64,000 nt of DNA, taken from NCBI GenBank assembly GCA_964106915.2, contig OZ066918.1, one strand, 5' to 3'. The notes below the pieces were generated by a model. The model saw nothing but the letters and a program-made list of their open reading frames with translations, had not been told where the DNA came from and ran no database searches. The translations under genes were made by a program, and so were the position numbers. This DNA comes from Podarcis gaigeae. Taxonomy: Eukaryota. Below, piece after piece: positions 52,801-62,862 of the stretch. The first letter of the stretch is position 1. Each line of letters begins with the position of its first letter.

Positions 52801-55800
52801 AGTCTTTGCTCCCCCCCGCCTGCCTTCAAAAGCGGAGAAACAGCAGAGAAGTCTCCGCTGTCCCGGGGACTTTTAAAATGCTGGGGGTTGGCAGCGAACG
52901 CTTCGCTGCCGCCCGCCAGCATTTTAAGATCGCCCGGGACAGCGGAGGCTTCGCTGCCGCCCGCCAGCATTTTAAAATCGCCCCGGGACAGCGGAGGCTT
53001 CGCTGCCGCCCGCCAGCATTTTAAAATCCGCCGGGGGCTTTTAAAATGCTGGCGGTCGATAGCAAAGCCCTCCTGTCCCCGGAGCTTGCGGGGCGGGAGG
53101 TGGGGAGAAGGGCTTTTCTTCCCACCGCCAGCCTTCAGAACAGCCTTCTGAAGGCTGGCGGTGGGGAAAAAAGCCCTTGTCCCCCCCCCCCCAGCCTTCA
53201 GAAGAGGTCGGAGGACAGACTGTCCCCAGACCTGGTCTGAAGGCGGTTTCCATAGGAACGCATTGATTGATTTTCAATGCATTCCTATGGGAAACCGTGC
53301 TTCGCAAGACGAAAAACTCGCAAGACGAAAAAACTTGCGGAATGAATTAATTTCGTCTTGCGAGGCACCACTGTATTGTCAAACTGCAAAATATGTGTCA
53401 TTTTTGCCCATTAATACATCAATATAGTTTTGCCCATTTTCATGATCAGTTGCAGGAAAACATTGTAAAAGCAATTAGTTGCCAGTCCTGCCCAAAACTA
53501 GTTTTCCTCTGCAGTTGCCACCTGTTGGTCTATGTGAGGGGTGTGCTAGTCTATAGTTGACTAGGTACATTAGCTCTAGGTTGCATCTTGAACTCCTGTC
53601 TCCACTTTGGGTGCATAAGCACTGCTGACTTGTAAAGGCTACTGCTATGATATTCTCAGCAACCGGTCTAAATCCCAAAGCTTTCACCCACAATCACCTG
53701 AATCAGGTAGCTGCATTTACAAGGTAAGTATACAAAATAATGTTTTCTTTCAGCCTTTGAAGCACAACAACAAAAAACAAACAAACCAGAATTCACAAAG
53801 ATGCTTTACCTGTTCTAAATGTTTGAGGCCCTCTTCGTCATCAGGGTCAGCAGGAATATTACCCATCCCTGGAGCAGCTGTGACTGATGTCTGAACAGGC
53901 CTTAAGGCAGGAATTGGATTTGACTCTGGAGGAGGAAGATGAACAAGGGAAGCTGCATCTGGAGAAATCTGTGGTAAAGGCTGGACAGCAGAAATTGGAT
54001 CTGGGGGTGGGGAAGAATGGACATTAAATTCCTTTAAAGGCCCTTCTTTCTACCAGAACTGTTATTATGTGATAAAATGTATAATCAGACAATAAGCAAG
54101 ATGGCATGCTTTCAACAATGCTTAAACAATGTATGAATGATCAGTTCATCCTTTCCACCTTGCTTTGTCACTACAGTCTTTTATTTATTTTTTTATTTGC
54201 ATACTTTGCATATACATTATGCCAAACCTGAAATATGATTACCTTCTCTGTTGGGCACTTTGGCTGATGGGATATCCTCCATTTGGTTTTCTTTATCTTC
54301 TCTTTTTTCTATTACTTCTGGAACACAGTCTTCCCTTCTTTCAAGCAGGCTTGTAGGTAATGGCTCCTGTGACTGGGATTTTGGTGGAGTACCTGACCTG
54401 GTGGATGGTGAAGATTCTTTGACTGTTTCTTCTGTTACTTCTGAAATGATTGGTAACTTTATTTAACTGAGCTGGAAGGCGGAAGCAAAATTTAAAGGAT
54501 AGACTTGAGAAATCCTTCTTACCTGCTACTGCTGTATGCTCCGTCTTAACACTTTCCCTTCCATGTGTCTTATCGACTTCTTTGGCTTCTTCATTGTGAC
54601 TTCCTTCTGAATCAGACCTGTCTTCCCCTTCCTCTACAGGACGGAAATCCATTTCCTGTTCCTCAGGAATTGGTTCCTTTTGAACCTTCTAAGGAAAACA
54701 CACATGCAAATAACAAACTTTATACTACTGGTTATAAATAATACCGTTAATATTATGACAGGTTCACAGAAAGTTTCTCACTTTTAAGGAGAGGAATGCC
54801 CCAGATGAGTCAAAAGTCCCCATTTCTTCTTCTGCATCTTCTAAGCACCATTCAGGAAGGCTATCCCTATCATCATCCATACTGCCACTGCCACATCGCA
54901 CTCTTCGATAACCCCGCTCATCATCCCGGTCTCGGAAGTCAAATTCAAACCTTCGCCGTCGCTCCATCTGTTCTCTCCAGCCTGCAGAACGAGGGCCGTC
55001 TAAGGGGGCGGGAAAGTAACTTTACAAAAGAGTCCCATAGGGCAAGAACTTGTTTGGAAGGAGAAAGGGATAGAGGAAAAGAGGATAGGGAAAAGAGAGG
55101 ACAAAGTGACAGCACTTCAGAACGCCACTACAGCTTATGGTCCATCTTGAAACATGCATTTTATAAATATATCATCACTATTTCCCCTTTAAACCACTGT
55201 CTCTTTGAGCTATATTATTAATGTAAAGGACTGTACAACCCAACTCCATGCAAGTGGGCTTAAAAGAACAAAAACAATTTAACTATGAGTTAAGCCCAGG
55301 GCAGCCTCACAATCTTTCTGAATAGCAACCTCACAATCTGTTCAGCCACAGGGGGGCAGCCTTTGCTAGTAAGACCATTCTATGCGGTTCTATGAATCCA
55401 GACAAGTACCACTTTATGGGGATTACCATATTTTTATGCTTCTCTTTGAGGTCACAGGCAGCATCTATTCTACTAACTCCACCAGTCCTAAAGCATCTTC
55501 AAAACTGCTTGCCTTCACCCTCTGTCGGCTAGCTGACAATCCTCCTTTCTGGAGTTTGGAGTGTAGTTTGTAATCTGTGGTAATTAATTCTATTTATTTA
55601 ATGTGCCCTTGTTTTGTATGTCACTATGGTGAAGTGGCCTGCTAGCACTATAATTCTGGGAAAGGATTTGTAGCCGATGAGCTTGTTTCTAAGGGCTGTG
55701 CAACTGTGCCCAAGCCTGCATGAGAATGAGGCAGGCAGGCACCAGCAGGTGTTGATGCACCTTTCTACAACCTGGGAGAGGTGAAGAATTTCCAAGCAAG

Positions 55801-57510
55801 TTGGTGTGAGCGATACTGGGGCTTGAAACGTGGTGATCTTCAAATATGGCTTGGCGTAAGCCACTTCTTTTGGCTAACTTGGTTATACTAGATACAGGAT
55901 ACTATTTGTCATCCTGATAGAAATGGCTATTGGAATCAAAAGTCTTGGATGTAGCTGATAGAGCATCAAGCCTGCAGAGCAAAAGGAAAGGAGTAGGGTT
56001 GCTCTGTTACCTCTGCTGAGAGGCCAGCTGCCTTTGACTCTCCCTCCGCTGTCATCTAACCACAGCCATTCTATCAGGCTAACTGTACTGTTTCCATCCC
56101 AGCAATAATTAAAAGAACTGTAACCTTTAAGAACTGGTGCCTGAGATTGCTTTCTTCTCTTCCTCTCTGTATTCCTTTTTCCTTGTGTGTCATGCCTTTC
56201 AGATGGCAAATCTGAGGGCAGGGACTGTTTTACCTACTTTGTAAGCCTCTCTGGGGGGTCTTTTGAGTTGCACAGCAGATTAACAGCTGTTAATTAATTA
56301 ATTAAAGCCTCTCTCTCTCTGTACACACAGAGAAAGAGTGATACTTTGACCAACTGAGGGTTGTAGCCCAATACTGTTTTGTGTGACTTCATTTCCTCTC
56401 CTCACTTATCCAAACAGTCCTCCGTATGCTCTCCAAAATCAGGAGTTTGGGAAGTCTCTTGAGATAGGGAGGCCTCTCAAGCAGATTTTTTTTTTTTTTT
56501 TTTTTGGGGGGGGGGAGAAATATAAAGTCCTGTTGTATGTGGAAGTCTGTTCATGCAATAATGGATTCCACCTGAGACTACTGCAACGCCCACCTCTTTG
56601 ATAGAGAATATTCCATTACACAAATGACAATGAGTAAGTGTTATCCTAAAACAGCTATATCTAAATTAAAGAGCAACTACAGAAAAACCCTCAGTATTCT
56701 ACACAATGCAGCGTTTCTCTACACTTCCTTTAAAGTAGCAGAAATTACCCAATGATATTTCAGCCTCGGGACTTCTGTCAAAAGACAGATGGACTTATTG
56801 AGAACAAAATTTTTATTAGCTTGTTGTTCTTCATATGCTAAACAAGAAAATACTAAATGAACTGCAAGTACTTGTCCCTAAGTAAAATCTTCACATCTGA
56901 TCATGTGGTGCTGGTTCAGCTGTTTCAATACTGTCAAAGTTAGACACACTGCTGCTTTATTGTGCATTTATCAGTTATGTCTGACGTCAGGAAGACACAC
57001 AATGCTGTATTCTCCATGACAAACAGTTTTTCCACTTCTATACAAGTAGCTGGAAGCATATGACAGATCTTCAGCCTCATGATTCAGAGTGATCACTAAA
57101 GGAAGCTACGTTTGGTGGAAAAGAAATCAGAGCAGGTAAGAAGAGCTGCTTTTTTCTAGACGTTCTGGAAATAGTGGGTTAAACAAAACAAGCCATTTAA
57201 AAAACTAAAAACGATTTTGCCATCGTAGAACAAGCCTTTCAAATATTGTTTTAGGAAGTTTTCCTTCCAGACATTGCTGGCTTGCTGCCTCTGACCAGAC
57301 TGTGCTGCACTTTTCCATATTTCCTCTCACCTGGACTATGAGGGCGCCATCTCTCACCATCCCTTCGCGAACCAGCCAGCCGCCAACCTCCATCATCATC
57401 TTCACCATTTTGCTCTTCCCTGAAGATGCGCCAGTTCTCGCTCTCAGAGCGTATAAATTCATGCTTCCTTCCTGCTACTACGGTTCCAGCATCCTCAAAG
57501 TTTGGTCTCA
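34814..57510 (-). CDS. GIGYF2: GIGYF2 (GRB10-interacting GYF protein 2), last 21 coding exons; 5' exons lie beyond the window end
   Basis: 21 phase-consistent exons total 3317 nt. They contain the DDX6-binding LPEWCLED..GTFDSSGAF, the GYF domain [31 protein letters not shown]/Q-rich helices and C-terminal GEIETLDDY*. Confidence 0.96.
35475..35622 (-). CDS. GIGYF2: GIGYF2 penultimate exon (GC donor)
   Basis: DSVWGMNH..GKKKKKQKMVRADPSLL G|gcaagt. Confidence 0.9.
37488..37648 (-). CDS. GIGYF2: GIGYF2 exon
   Basis: [42 protein letters not shown]..QQQ|gttcgt. Confidence 0.9.
38164..38318 (-). CDS. GIGYF2: GIGYF2 exon
   Basis: KKVEEEEKLLKLFQGVNKAQDGFTQWCEQMLHALN..|gtaagc. Confidence 0.93.
38754..38962 (-). 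CDS. GIGYF2: GIGYF2 exon
   Basis: QHSNLHTSIGNSVWGS..NMGFWDDAVKEVGPRN..|gtagga. Confidence 0.92.
39068..39283 (-). CDS. GIGYF2: GIGYF2 exon (polyQ)
   Basis: QRRQQRELMKAL(Q11)KLSGWG..KSLLEIQQEE..|gtgagt. Confidence 0.92.
39878..40043. repeat. Foldback/palindromic MITE-like element
   Basis: caattaagca..cagttaccag pairs with ctggtaactg..tgcttaattg. Confidence 0.6.
40364..40486 (-). CDS. GIGYF2: GIGYF2 exon
   Basis: LPSSSTWGQQ..LSLAEIQKLEEERERQLREE|gtaaaa. Confidence 0.92.
40930..41098 (-). mobile_element. tRNA-derived SINE (Squam/MIR-like), reverse orientation
   Basis: gatttgaatccagg (reverse B-box) and ttatcttcacacctacctggtga core. Confidence 0.55.
41410..41815 (-). mobile_element. L2/CR1-clade ORF2 fragment interrupted by a MITE
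   Basis: Removing the MITE restores LDYGNALYVGLPL (the RLDYCNALYxGLP motif). Confidence 0.65.
41545..41762. mobile_element. Tc1/mariner/pogo-type MITE (family A)
   Basis: TA|CAGTGGTACCTCGGGTTA...TAACCCGAGGTACAACTA|TA. Confidence 0.85.
42380..42616 (-). CDS. GIGYF2: GIGYF2 exon
   Basis: gaag|GAA GAG GAG GCT..AQMK|gtactg. Confidence 0.88.
43026..43184 (-). CDS. GIGYF2: GIGYF2 exon (E/R-rich)
   Basis: EEALRRQREQEIALRRQ..LLRKQ|gtgaaa. Confidence 0.92.
43912..43973 (+). mobile_element. CR1 LINE extreme 3' end
   Basis: gactagatgacccttgggtcccttccaactct..ttctatga is a typical CR1 terminus. Confidence 0.7.
44270..44428 (-). CDS. GIGYF2: GIGYF2 exon (E/R-rich)
   Basis: LEQERREAELRAKREEEERK..ARRKQ|gtgaca. 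Confidence 0.92.
44739..44839 (-). CDS. GIGYF2: GIGYF2 exon
   Basis: VWEGSSVWDLPID..LEKAKTAK|gtaaga. Confidence 0.92.
45372..45472 (-). CDS. GIGYF2: GIGYF2 exon
   Basis: KAEQNIVTPVTRSVSVPDTGSIWELQ..|gtacga. Confidence 0.92.
46115..46222 (-). CDS. GIGYF2: GIGYF2 exon
   Basis: QQYAQVMAQQQKAALSSQQQQQLALLLQQFQALKM..|gtaaga. Confidence 0.92.
47626..47755. mobile_element. hAT-type MITE next to a GIGYF2 splice donor
   Basis: TIR-like ends; degenerate 8-bp TSD atatagac/atgtaaac. Confidence 0.7.
47768..47859 (-). CDS. GIGYF2: GIGYF2 exon
   Basis: GELDQERLTRQQEFTAMYQMQHLQYQQFLL..|gtaagt. Confidence 0.92.
49139..49305 (-). CDS. GIGYF2: GIGYF2 exon (GYF C-terminal half)
   Basis: [35 protein letters not shown]..|gtaaat. 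Confidence 0.94.
49531..51023 (+). mobile_element. 5'-truncated L1-clade LINE
   Basis: Frameshifted ORF2 (GFGIPDLELYHQA; IYWTPLRL..CWRC..LKHVF zinc knuckle), A-rich tail, 17-bp TSD ATTCCAGTGAAATAAAA (49514-49530, 51024-51040). Confidence 0.88.
51069..51228 (-). CDS. GIGYF2: GIGYF2 exon (GYF N-terminal half)
   Basis: [31 protein letters not shown]|gtaagc. Confidence 0.94.
52388..53373. mobile_element. Large Tc1/mariner/pogo-type non-autonomous element with internal repeat arrays
   Basis: TA|CAGTGGTGCCCCGCAAGACGAA...TTCGTCTTGCGAGGCACCACTG|TA; GC/CpG-rich interior; 48-49 bp tandem units at 52901-53028. Confidence 0.9.
53810..54000 (-). CDS. GIGYF2: GIGYF2 exon
   Basis: cccag|AT CCA..CAG|gtaaag; ..DPDDEEGLKHLEQ. 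Confidence 0.9.
54243..54440 (-). CDS. GIGYF2: GIGYF2 exon
   Basis: ttcag|AA GTA..GAA G|gtaatc; open frame ending SAKVPNRE. Confidence 0.88.
54523..54688 (-). CDS. GIGYF2: GIGYF2 exon
   Basis: ttag|AAG GTT..GCA G|gtaaga; KVQKEPIPEEQEMDFRP. Confidence 0.92.
54782..54999 (-). CDS. GIGYF2: GIGYF2 exon (DDX6-binding motif)
   Basis: ttag|AC GGC..AAA|gtgaga; DGPRSAGWRE..LPEWCLED..FDSSGAFLSLK. Confidence 0.93.
57331..57510 (-). CDS. GIGYF2: GIGYF2 exon
   Basis: gcag|TG AGA..CCA G|gtgaga; RPNFED..RSESENWRIFREEQ. Confidence 0.93.
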
Positions 57511-58326
57511 CTGCAAGCAAATAAATATGCAAGTATGTAACAGTCATTGTGAAGGGCACCTGGAATAGAAGTCAGACCTTATGCAATTTAAGTCATAAGA
57601 TGCTCAGGTGAAAGAAAACAAGAACAAATATATATTGCTTTACTTTTCTTATAATGATAAATGCTTTTCTTTAAGCTCTTCTTACAGTTTTTGTGGGCTA
57701 AAAAACAAATGAAGGATTTCAGACTTCAAAAAGGAGATTTACAAAACAGCTGTAACCATTTAAGAAAGTCAAAAGTTCAATTTGCAACAAGCGATGGAAG
57801 AGCATCTGCAAAGTTTGCATAAACAGTTAGATGCCACCTGATGTTCAATGAGAGATTGCTTTACCATAGTTCAGAGGTATCAAGACACTATTCCTGGTCA
57901 CATCAAAGTTTACAATGGCACAAGCATTCTGTTGTTGTTTGTATGGGAGGTGTTCTTAAGCACTGCATAATCCAACTCAGTAAAAATGTTCTATTTATCA
58001 TCTTTAAAATGTAATTCAACATGGTCTTCTATTTACCCTAGAATAGTTAAAACCTACAAGCAGAATCTCTAAAATTTACATTTGGGTCAACAGCAATAAA
58101 ATAATAATGACCAGTGCCAGACGACTAGCATTAAAACCTTCATAGTCATTAATTTCAAATAACAGAGAATTAAAATAACTGTTTCATCCAAAAAAACCAA
58201 TTGTCATAATGATGCTTAAAGAAATGATTGTCATTTGTGAGCAAACTAGGATAATTTTACATTCTATTCCATCACGTCCTTCCTAAAAAGTACAACCGAT
58301 ATTCACCCAAAGGGTAGATTTTGACT

Positions 58327-61300
58327 GGCAGCATGGGGGTCATAGGGTTGGGCTTTGGCCCCTCTCCTGATGACAAAGGAAGGAGGAAAAACCCTTTGGG
58401 ACGTAGATGGCTCCCAATCAGTTTGTGAACTCACCAAGCTTAAACAATCATCAGAGTCTTGTAAGGAAAGCAACACAAAGGTGCCCATGTTCCCAAGGTA
58501 AACAAGGTAGCTAAAATGCTGTCAGGTAGAAGATATTGCGTCCCACAATGTGGAAAGCTTGTTGTAGGGTGCTGCGGCCAAAGGCAGTTTCAATGGAGAC
58601 ACAAATTCCCATCTTGTAATGCATCATGAATGCACTGGGAGACACCCATGTGGCTGTCTTACAAATGTTCACTAGAGGGACTCAACCCTGGTAGAGTGGG
58701 CAGTCAAATTTGTAGGGTGAGATACAATTCACCAAGTTGTAGGCTATAGAGGTCCTACCTAGATAAGGTGGAAGGGTTAACCTTTTTGCCCAGTGAGTTA
58801 GGGTGGAAGGAAATGATTGTCTGATCTCTTCAGTCCTGGTAATATATGCTTTAAGAGCTCATTGGACATCAAATGAGTGCCATGTCCTCTCTAATAGGTG
58901 AGAGGGGTTGGGGCAGAAGGTGGAAAGGATCAAGTTCCTGCTGAATATGGAAGTTGGAAAGTACCTTGGGGAAAAATGAGGGGTTCTTTCTAAGAACCAC
59001 TTTGCGCTTGTGGAAGATACAGCTATAGACAGGGTGACCAATTCAGAGACCCATCAAGTCAAAGTTATTGATATTAGAAATACAGTGTTACCTCAGGTTA
59101 AGAACTTAATTCGTTCCGGAGGTCCGTTCTTAACCTGAAACCGTTCTTAGCCTGAGGTACCACTTTAGCTAATGGGGCCTGCCGCTGCCGCGCAATTTCT
59201 GTTCTCATCCTGAAGTAACGTTCTTAACCCAAGGTACTATTTCTGGGTTAACGGAGTCTGTAACCTGAAGCGTCTGTAGCCCGAGGTTCCACTGTAAGAC
59301 CTTTCAATGTAAGACTTTGAGAAGTACTTCCTTCAGGGGCTCAAATGGAAGTTTCTGAAGGGTGGACAGCATTTTGTGAAGGTCCCAGGAAGGGAAGTGG
59401 TGGGCATCTGGGGAACACTGTAGGATTGTTCCTTGTGGGAAGCATTTCATTAGGGGGTGAGAGCTGGAAGAGGTGGTGTGTTTGAGGAAGAAACAGCTCC
59501 CGCCTGATGTTTCATCAGAGTGTTGTGTTTTAGACTTTTGCTGAGGCCATTTTGGAGGAATGCAAGAAGATCCAGTACTGTTGCTTTGCACTGCTTCAGG
59601 AAGATCTTCCATGTGGCTTTGTATATTCTTAGAGTGGCTGGATAAGCAAGAAAGCAAGATGGTGGAAAATACTGTGCTGGAAAACCAGAGATTCCAGCCT
59701 ATCCGGATATGTGTTCCAATGTGAGGGTGAGGAGGTGGTGTTTCGGTGACTTCATGAGGTGGAACATTTCAACTTGGAGATCCCAGGATTTGGTGATCCC
59801 CTGCTTGTTGAGGTAGGATTTCAAGTTGGAGTTGCCCATGCGTAGGGGCACGTTTGATGTGTAGGTGTGGAGAAAAGTGCATCAGAGCCAGGTGGGCTGC
59901 TCCAGCCGGGTGTTCAGCTTCCTCTGGAGACTTTTGGGCATGGATTATCTGTCCCTCACAGTGAGACCCCAAATGTAGAGGCTGACATCTGTGGTGACCA
60001 CTATGAGGTGAGGGTCATGAAAAGATGTGCCTTCTGCAAGTTTCTGCTAGATGCCCACTTCATCACTACCCACACCTTTGGTGGCATTTTGATGTGGTGA
60101 TGTAGAATGTGTGTGATGGCCCACTGGTGGAGTACAAGAAACCACTGCAGAATTCTTGCATGCAATTAGAGAGGGTGCTTTGGAGCCAGGCAGACGATAG
60201 CCCTGCTTAACTCTGCATTCCAGTGGAGAAGCCATCAACATGGGATAAGATGTCTCTACCACTCTCTGGAAGCTATTTGGATCCAGGAAGTAGTGGTGGC
60301 AGATCATTCAAATTGGTCCTACAGCCCTGCAGAGGGGAAGGGTCACAGAGAAGTCTAGTTGCATCAGGAAGTGATCTGGCCATGGCATTACAGATAATAT
60401 TAAGTATATGTCATAGAATAATTCCTCGCAGGGGGATTGGTTCGATAGCTGACATGTTGAGACAATGCTGTACACAATTATATATCACCTGTTACTTGAC
60501 TGGATTGTTGGAGGATCAGGGATGGGAGGAACCGGTTTAGGTGTGCCAGATGTTCTATCATGTATCCATGTGATATAGTATTGAGAATGCAGTGGTCTGT
60601 AGTAATCTGACACCAAGAGTTGAAGAAGGCTTGTAGATGATCCCTGACTTGGGGCAGAGTAGCATCACTGGTTCTGCTGGTGGTTGTTTCTGTAGGTGTT
60701 GGAGGGTGATATCTTGTGTTCTGCTGCCTGGGTGGGTATCACTGCTGTTCCAGGAGGACTTCTGTCTGTAGTTTCTTCCTTGCCCCGGGGAAAGGTAGTT
60801 CTGAAAGGACTGGTTGGAAGATTGGTTGTCACCAGTATCTATGGGTCACCAGTACCTTCCGCTTATCTTTAGTTTGATCAGGATATCCTTGAGGGCATCC
60901 TCTCCAGACAGCATAAAATTGGCCCAGTCAGCAACGTTGGGCTGAATGCCACAACCCACAAATATCAGGTGGCGTGAAGTTGAAAATTAATCAGGTGCTC
61001 AATGGCTTTATTAATGTCCCTGTCTGAGAAAGAGCAGTCAGAAGGAACGATGATAGTAAAGTGGAGACAAATTTCTCGGGATTTTGTATTTCTGAAAAGG
61101 TACAGAAAGCCATAAAAAGGAGGGCAGGAAAGGGTGTGAGGCAGCCGATTAAAGGAAGGGGGGTTGTTTTCTAAGAAAATGGTGGCAAAAAGTAAAAGAA
61201 GAAAAATAACAGCTTGGTAGAAGTAAAGAAAATGGGGGCACTAGTAAAAGTGACTGTTCCAAAGAGTTTTTTCCTCCTGTTTTCATTATCAGTGGAGGAG

Positions 61301-61331
61301 CCTAAGCCCAACCCAATGACCCCACAATGCC
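58327..61331 (-). mobile_element. Decayed DIRS-type (tyrosine recombinase) retrotransposon
   Basis: YR remnants FPSWDLHKMLSTLQKLPFEPL, LSTFCPNPSHLLERTWHSFDV, LTAHSTR and ICKTATW..HYK; RNase H-like AAHLALMHFSP; inverted terminal repeats at 58327-58391 and 61267-61331. Confidence 0.82.
59083..59294. mobile_element. Tc1/mariner/pogo-type MITE (family A, opposite orientation to the 41545 copy) nested in the DIRS relic
   Basis: TA|CAGTGTTACCTCAGGTTAAG...CCCGAGGTTCCACTG|TA. Confidence 0.85.
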
Positions 61332-62628
61332 AGGAGGAAATCATAGAAGGGAGGGGACAGAATATCCATAATTAAGGTTGCAGTTCTAGCAGGCTCACTA
61401 GAGAGAAAGCCACACTGAATATACTTCTGAATCTTAGGCTATTAACTCTGAAACAACACTGTTTGTCAACAGGTAACAACATATTTCAAAGCTTAAGGGT
61501 ATTGAGAAGAGAAAACACAGAACTGGATGAAATAACGTTTCAAATCCAACTAAGAACAGACCCAGGTATATTACGTTCTGAAGTTATTAAAAATGAAGAA
61601 GTAAATAGTCGCTCAGTCAACATTATTACACACATACGTCAAAGTCTAAAGTATTCTAACGAGGAACGTAGCTTATACCCCTAGCATGTTCATTTCGCTT
61701 GGTTTAAGTTACTTGGCGTGGAGGTCGGTGTTTGGCCATGATTTCCCAGGATGAAAAGGAAAAAGAAAAAGATCTGTGGCTTTGCCTCAAACTAATTGAC
61801 TGGACTTCCTGAGGAGAAGGAGCAGTGAAAGGGCACCTGCATTCCATGTCTGACCCCAAGCCAGCAATGGTGTTTATGGAAAAGTTCAGATACAACAAAG
61901 ACATCCAGCCAACAGAGTCTACAGCTATGTAATTTGAAGTTTTAAAAGGGACTGACTTCAAAGTACTAAAGTGGTGTTCTGGAATACAATCTTCTGAGAA
62001 CTTGTTTATTGAGAAATTTTTTACTAGAATAGCAAATAACAGTGTCAACAATCTTTCTATAAGACACTAAGACACACTCACTCTCTCTCACACACATTTC
62101 TATTATAAAAATAAGTTTAATTTAGTGTCCGTTTTCAGGATCCTTCAAATTGTTGGCTACATAGTTTCTAAACCAAAGTCCCTCGAGTACAAGACAGCTT
62201 ACAATACTGTGAAAGAGAGAAAGAAAATCACTGTACAACCTTCAATAATGACCACACACAAAGTGACTTAAAGAATCATTGGTCATCATTTTTAGGGTAC
62301 AGGCAGACTAAAACGTAATCATATTTCATTTTAGTTTTGACCATCTCTGTCTCTAAACAACTTACCAGAATTTTCCCATGCACAAATGCTTTTTCCTCCA
62401 AGAATTATGTTGTTTTCCTTACTGAAAGCTGAATTTGCACAATTGTATCCATACACATCAGTCTTCCTACCAAAATATTGCACTTCAATAGTCATGCCAA
62501 CTATCCAATTCCTTTCACACAAACAAGTGCAACATTTCATGGACAGTATGTCTCACATACGTTTAAGTTTGCTCTATAGTTCTGCATATGCCACTAACCT
62601 TTACAGATATGGCAGAACAGCTTCTTAC

Positions 62629-62681
62629 CTGCATTGTAATATTACCACTCGCCACTCCAATCTTCACCGAAAACTGCATTT
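62629..62681 (-). other. Candidate 53-nt frameshifting cassette (poison) exon of GIGYF2
   Basis: ctgcctcag|AAATGC..ATGCAG|gtaaga; splice signals only, no transcript evidence. Confidence 0.4.
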
Positions 62682-62767
62682 CTGAGGCAGTTTAAAGGGG
62701 CGTATCAGGAACACACATACTTCTAATATATGGTGAATCCCGTTTTTATTTTAAGATGTTAGCACAG

Positions 62768-62862
62768 TAATAATAATAATAATTTATTATTTGTACCCCG
62801 CCCATCTGGCTGGGTTTCCCAAGCCACTCTGGGCGGCTTCCAACAAAGATTAAAAATACATT
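62768..62862 (-). mobile_element. L2/CR1-clade LINE extreme 3' end
   Basis: Reverse of the 25540-25600 3'UTR (gccactctgggcggcttccaaca) with a (TAA)n tail. Confidence 0.7.

Noticed and set aside
52390-53427. Cluster of overlapping ORFs (up to 160 aa) and a CRISPR-like repeat look
   Set aside because: They arise from GC-rich repeat modules inside a TIR element. There are no unique spacers or cas genes, and the context is eukaryotic.
54001-54049. Upstream acceptor giving a 240-nt open exon
   Set aside because: Phase 0, incompatible with the preceding phase-1 donor; the acceptor at 54000 fits
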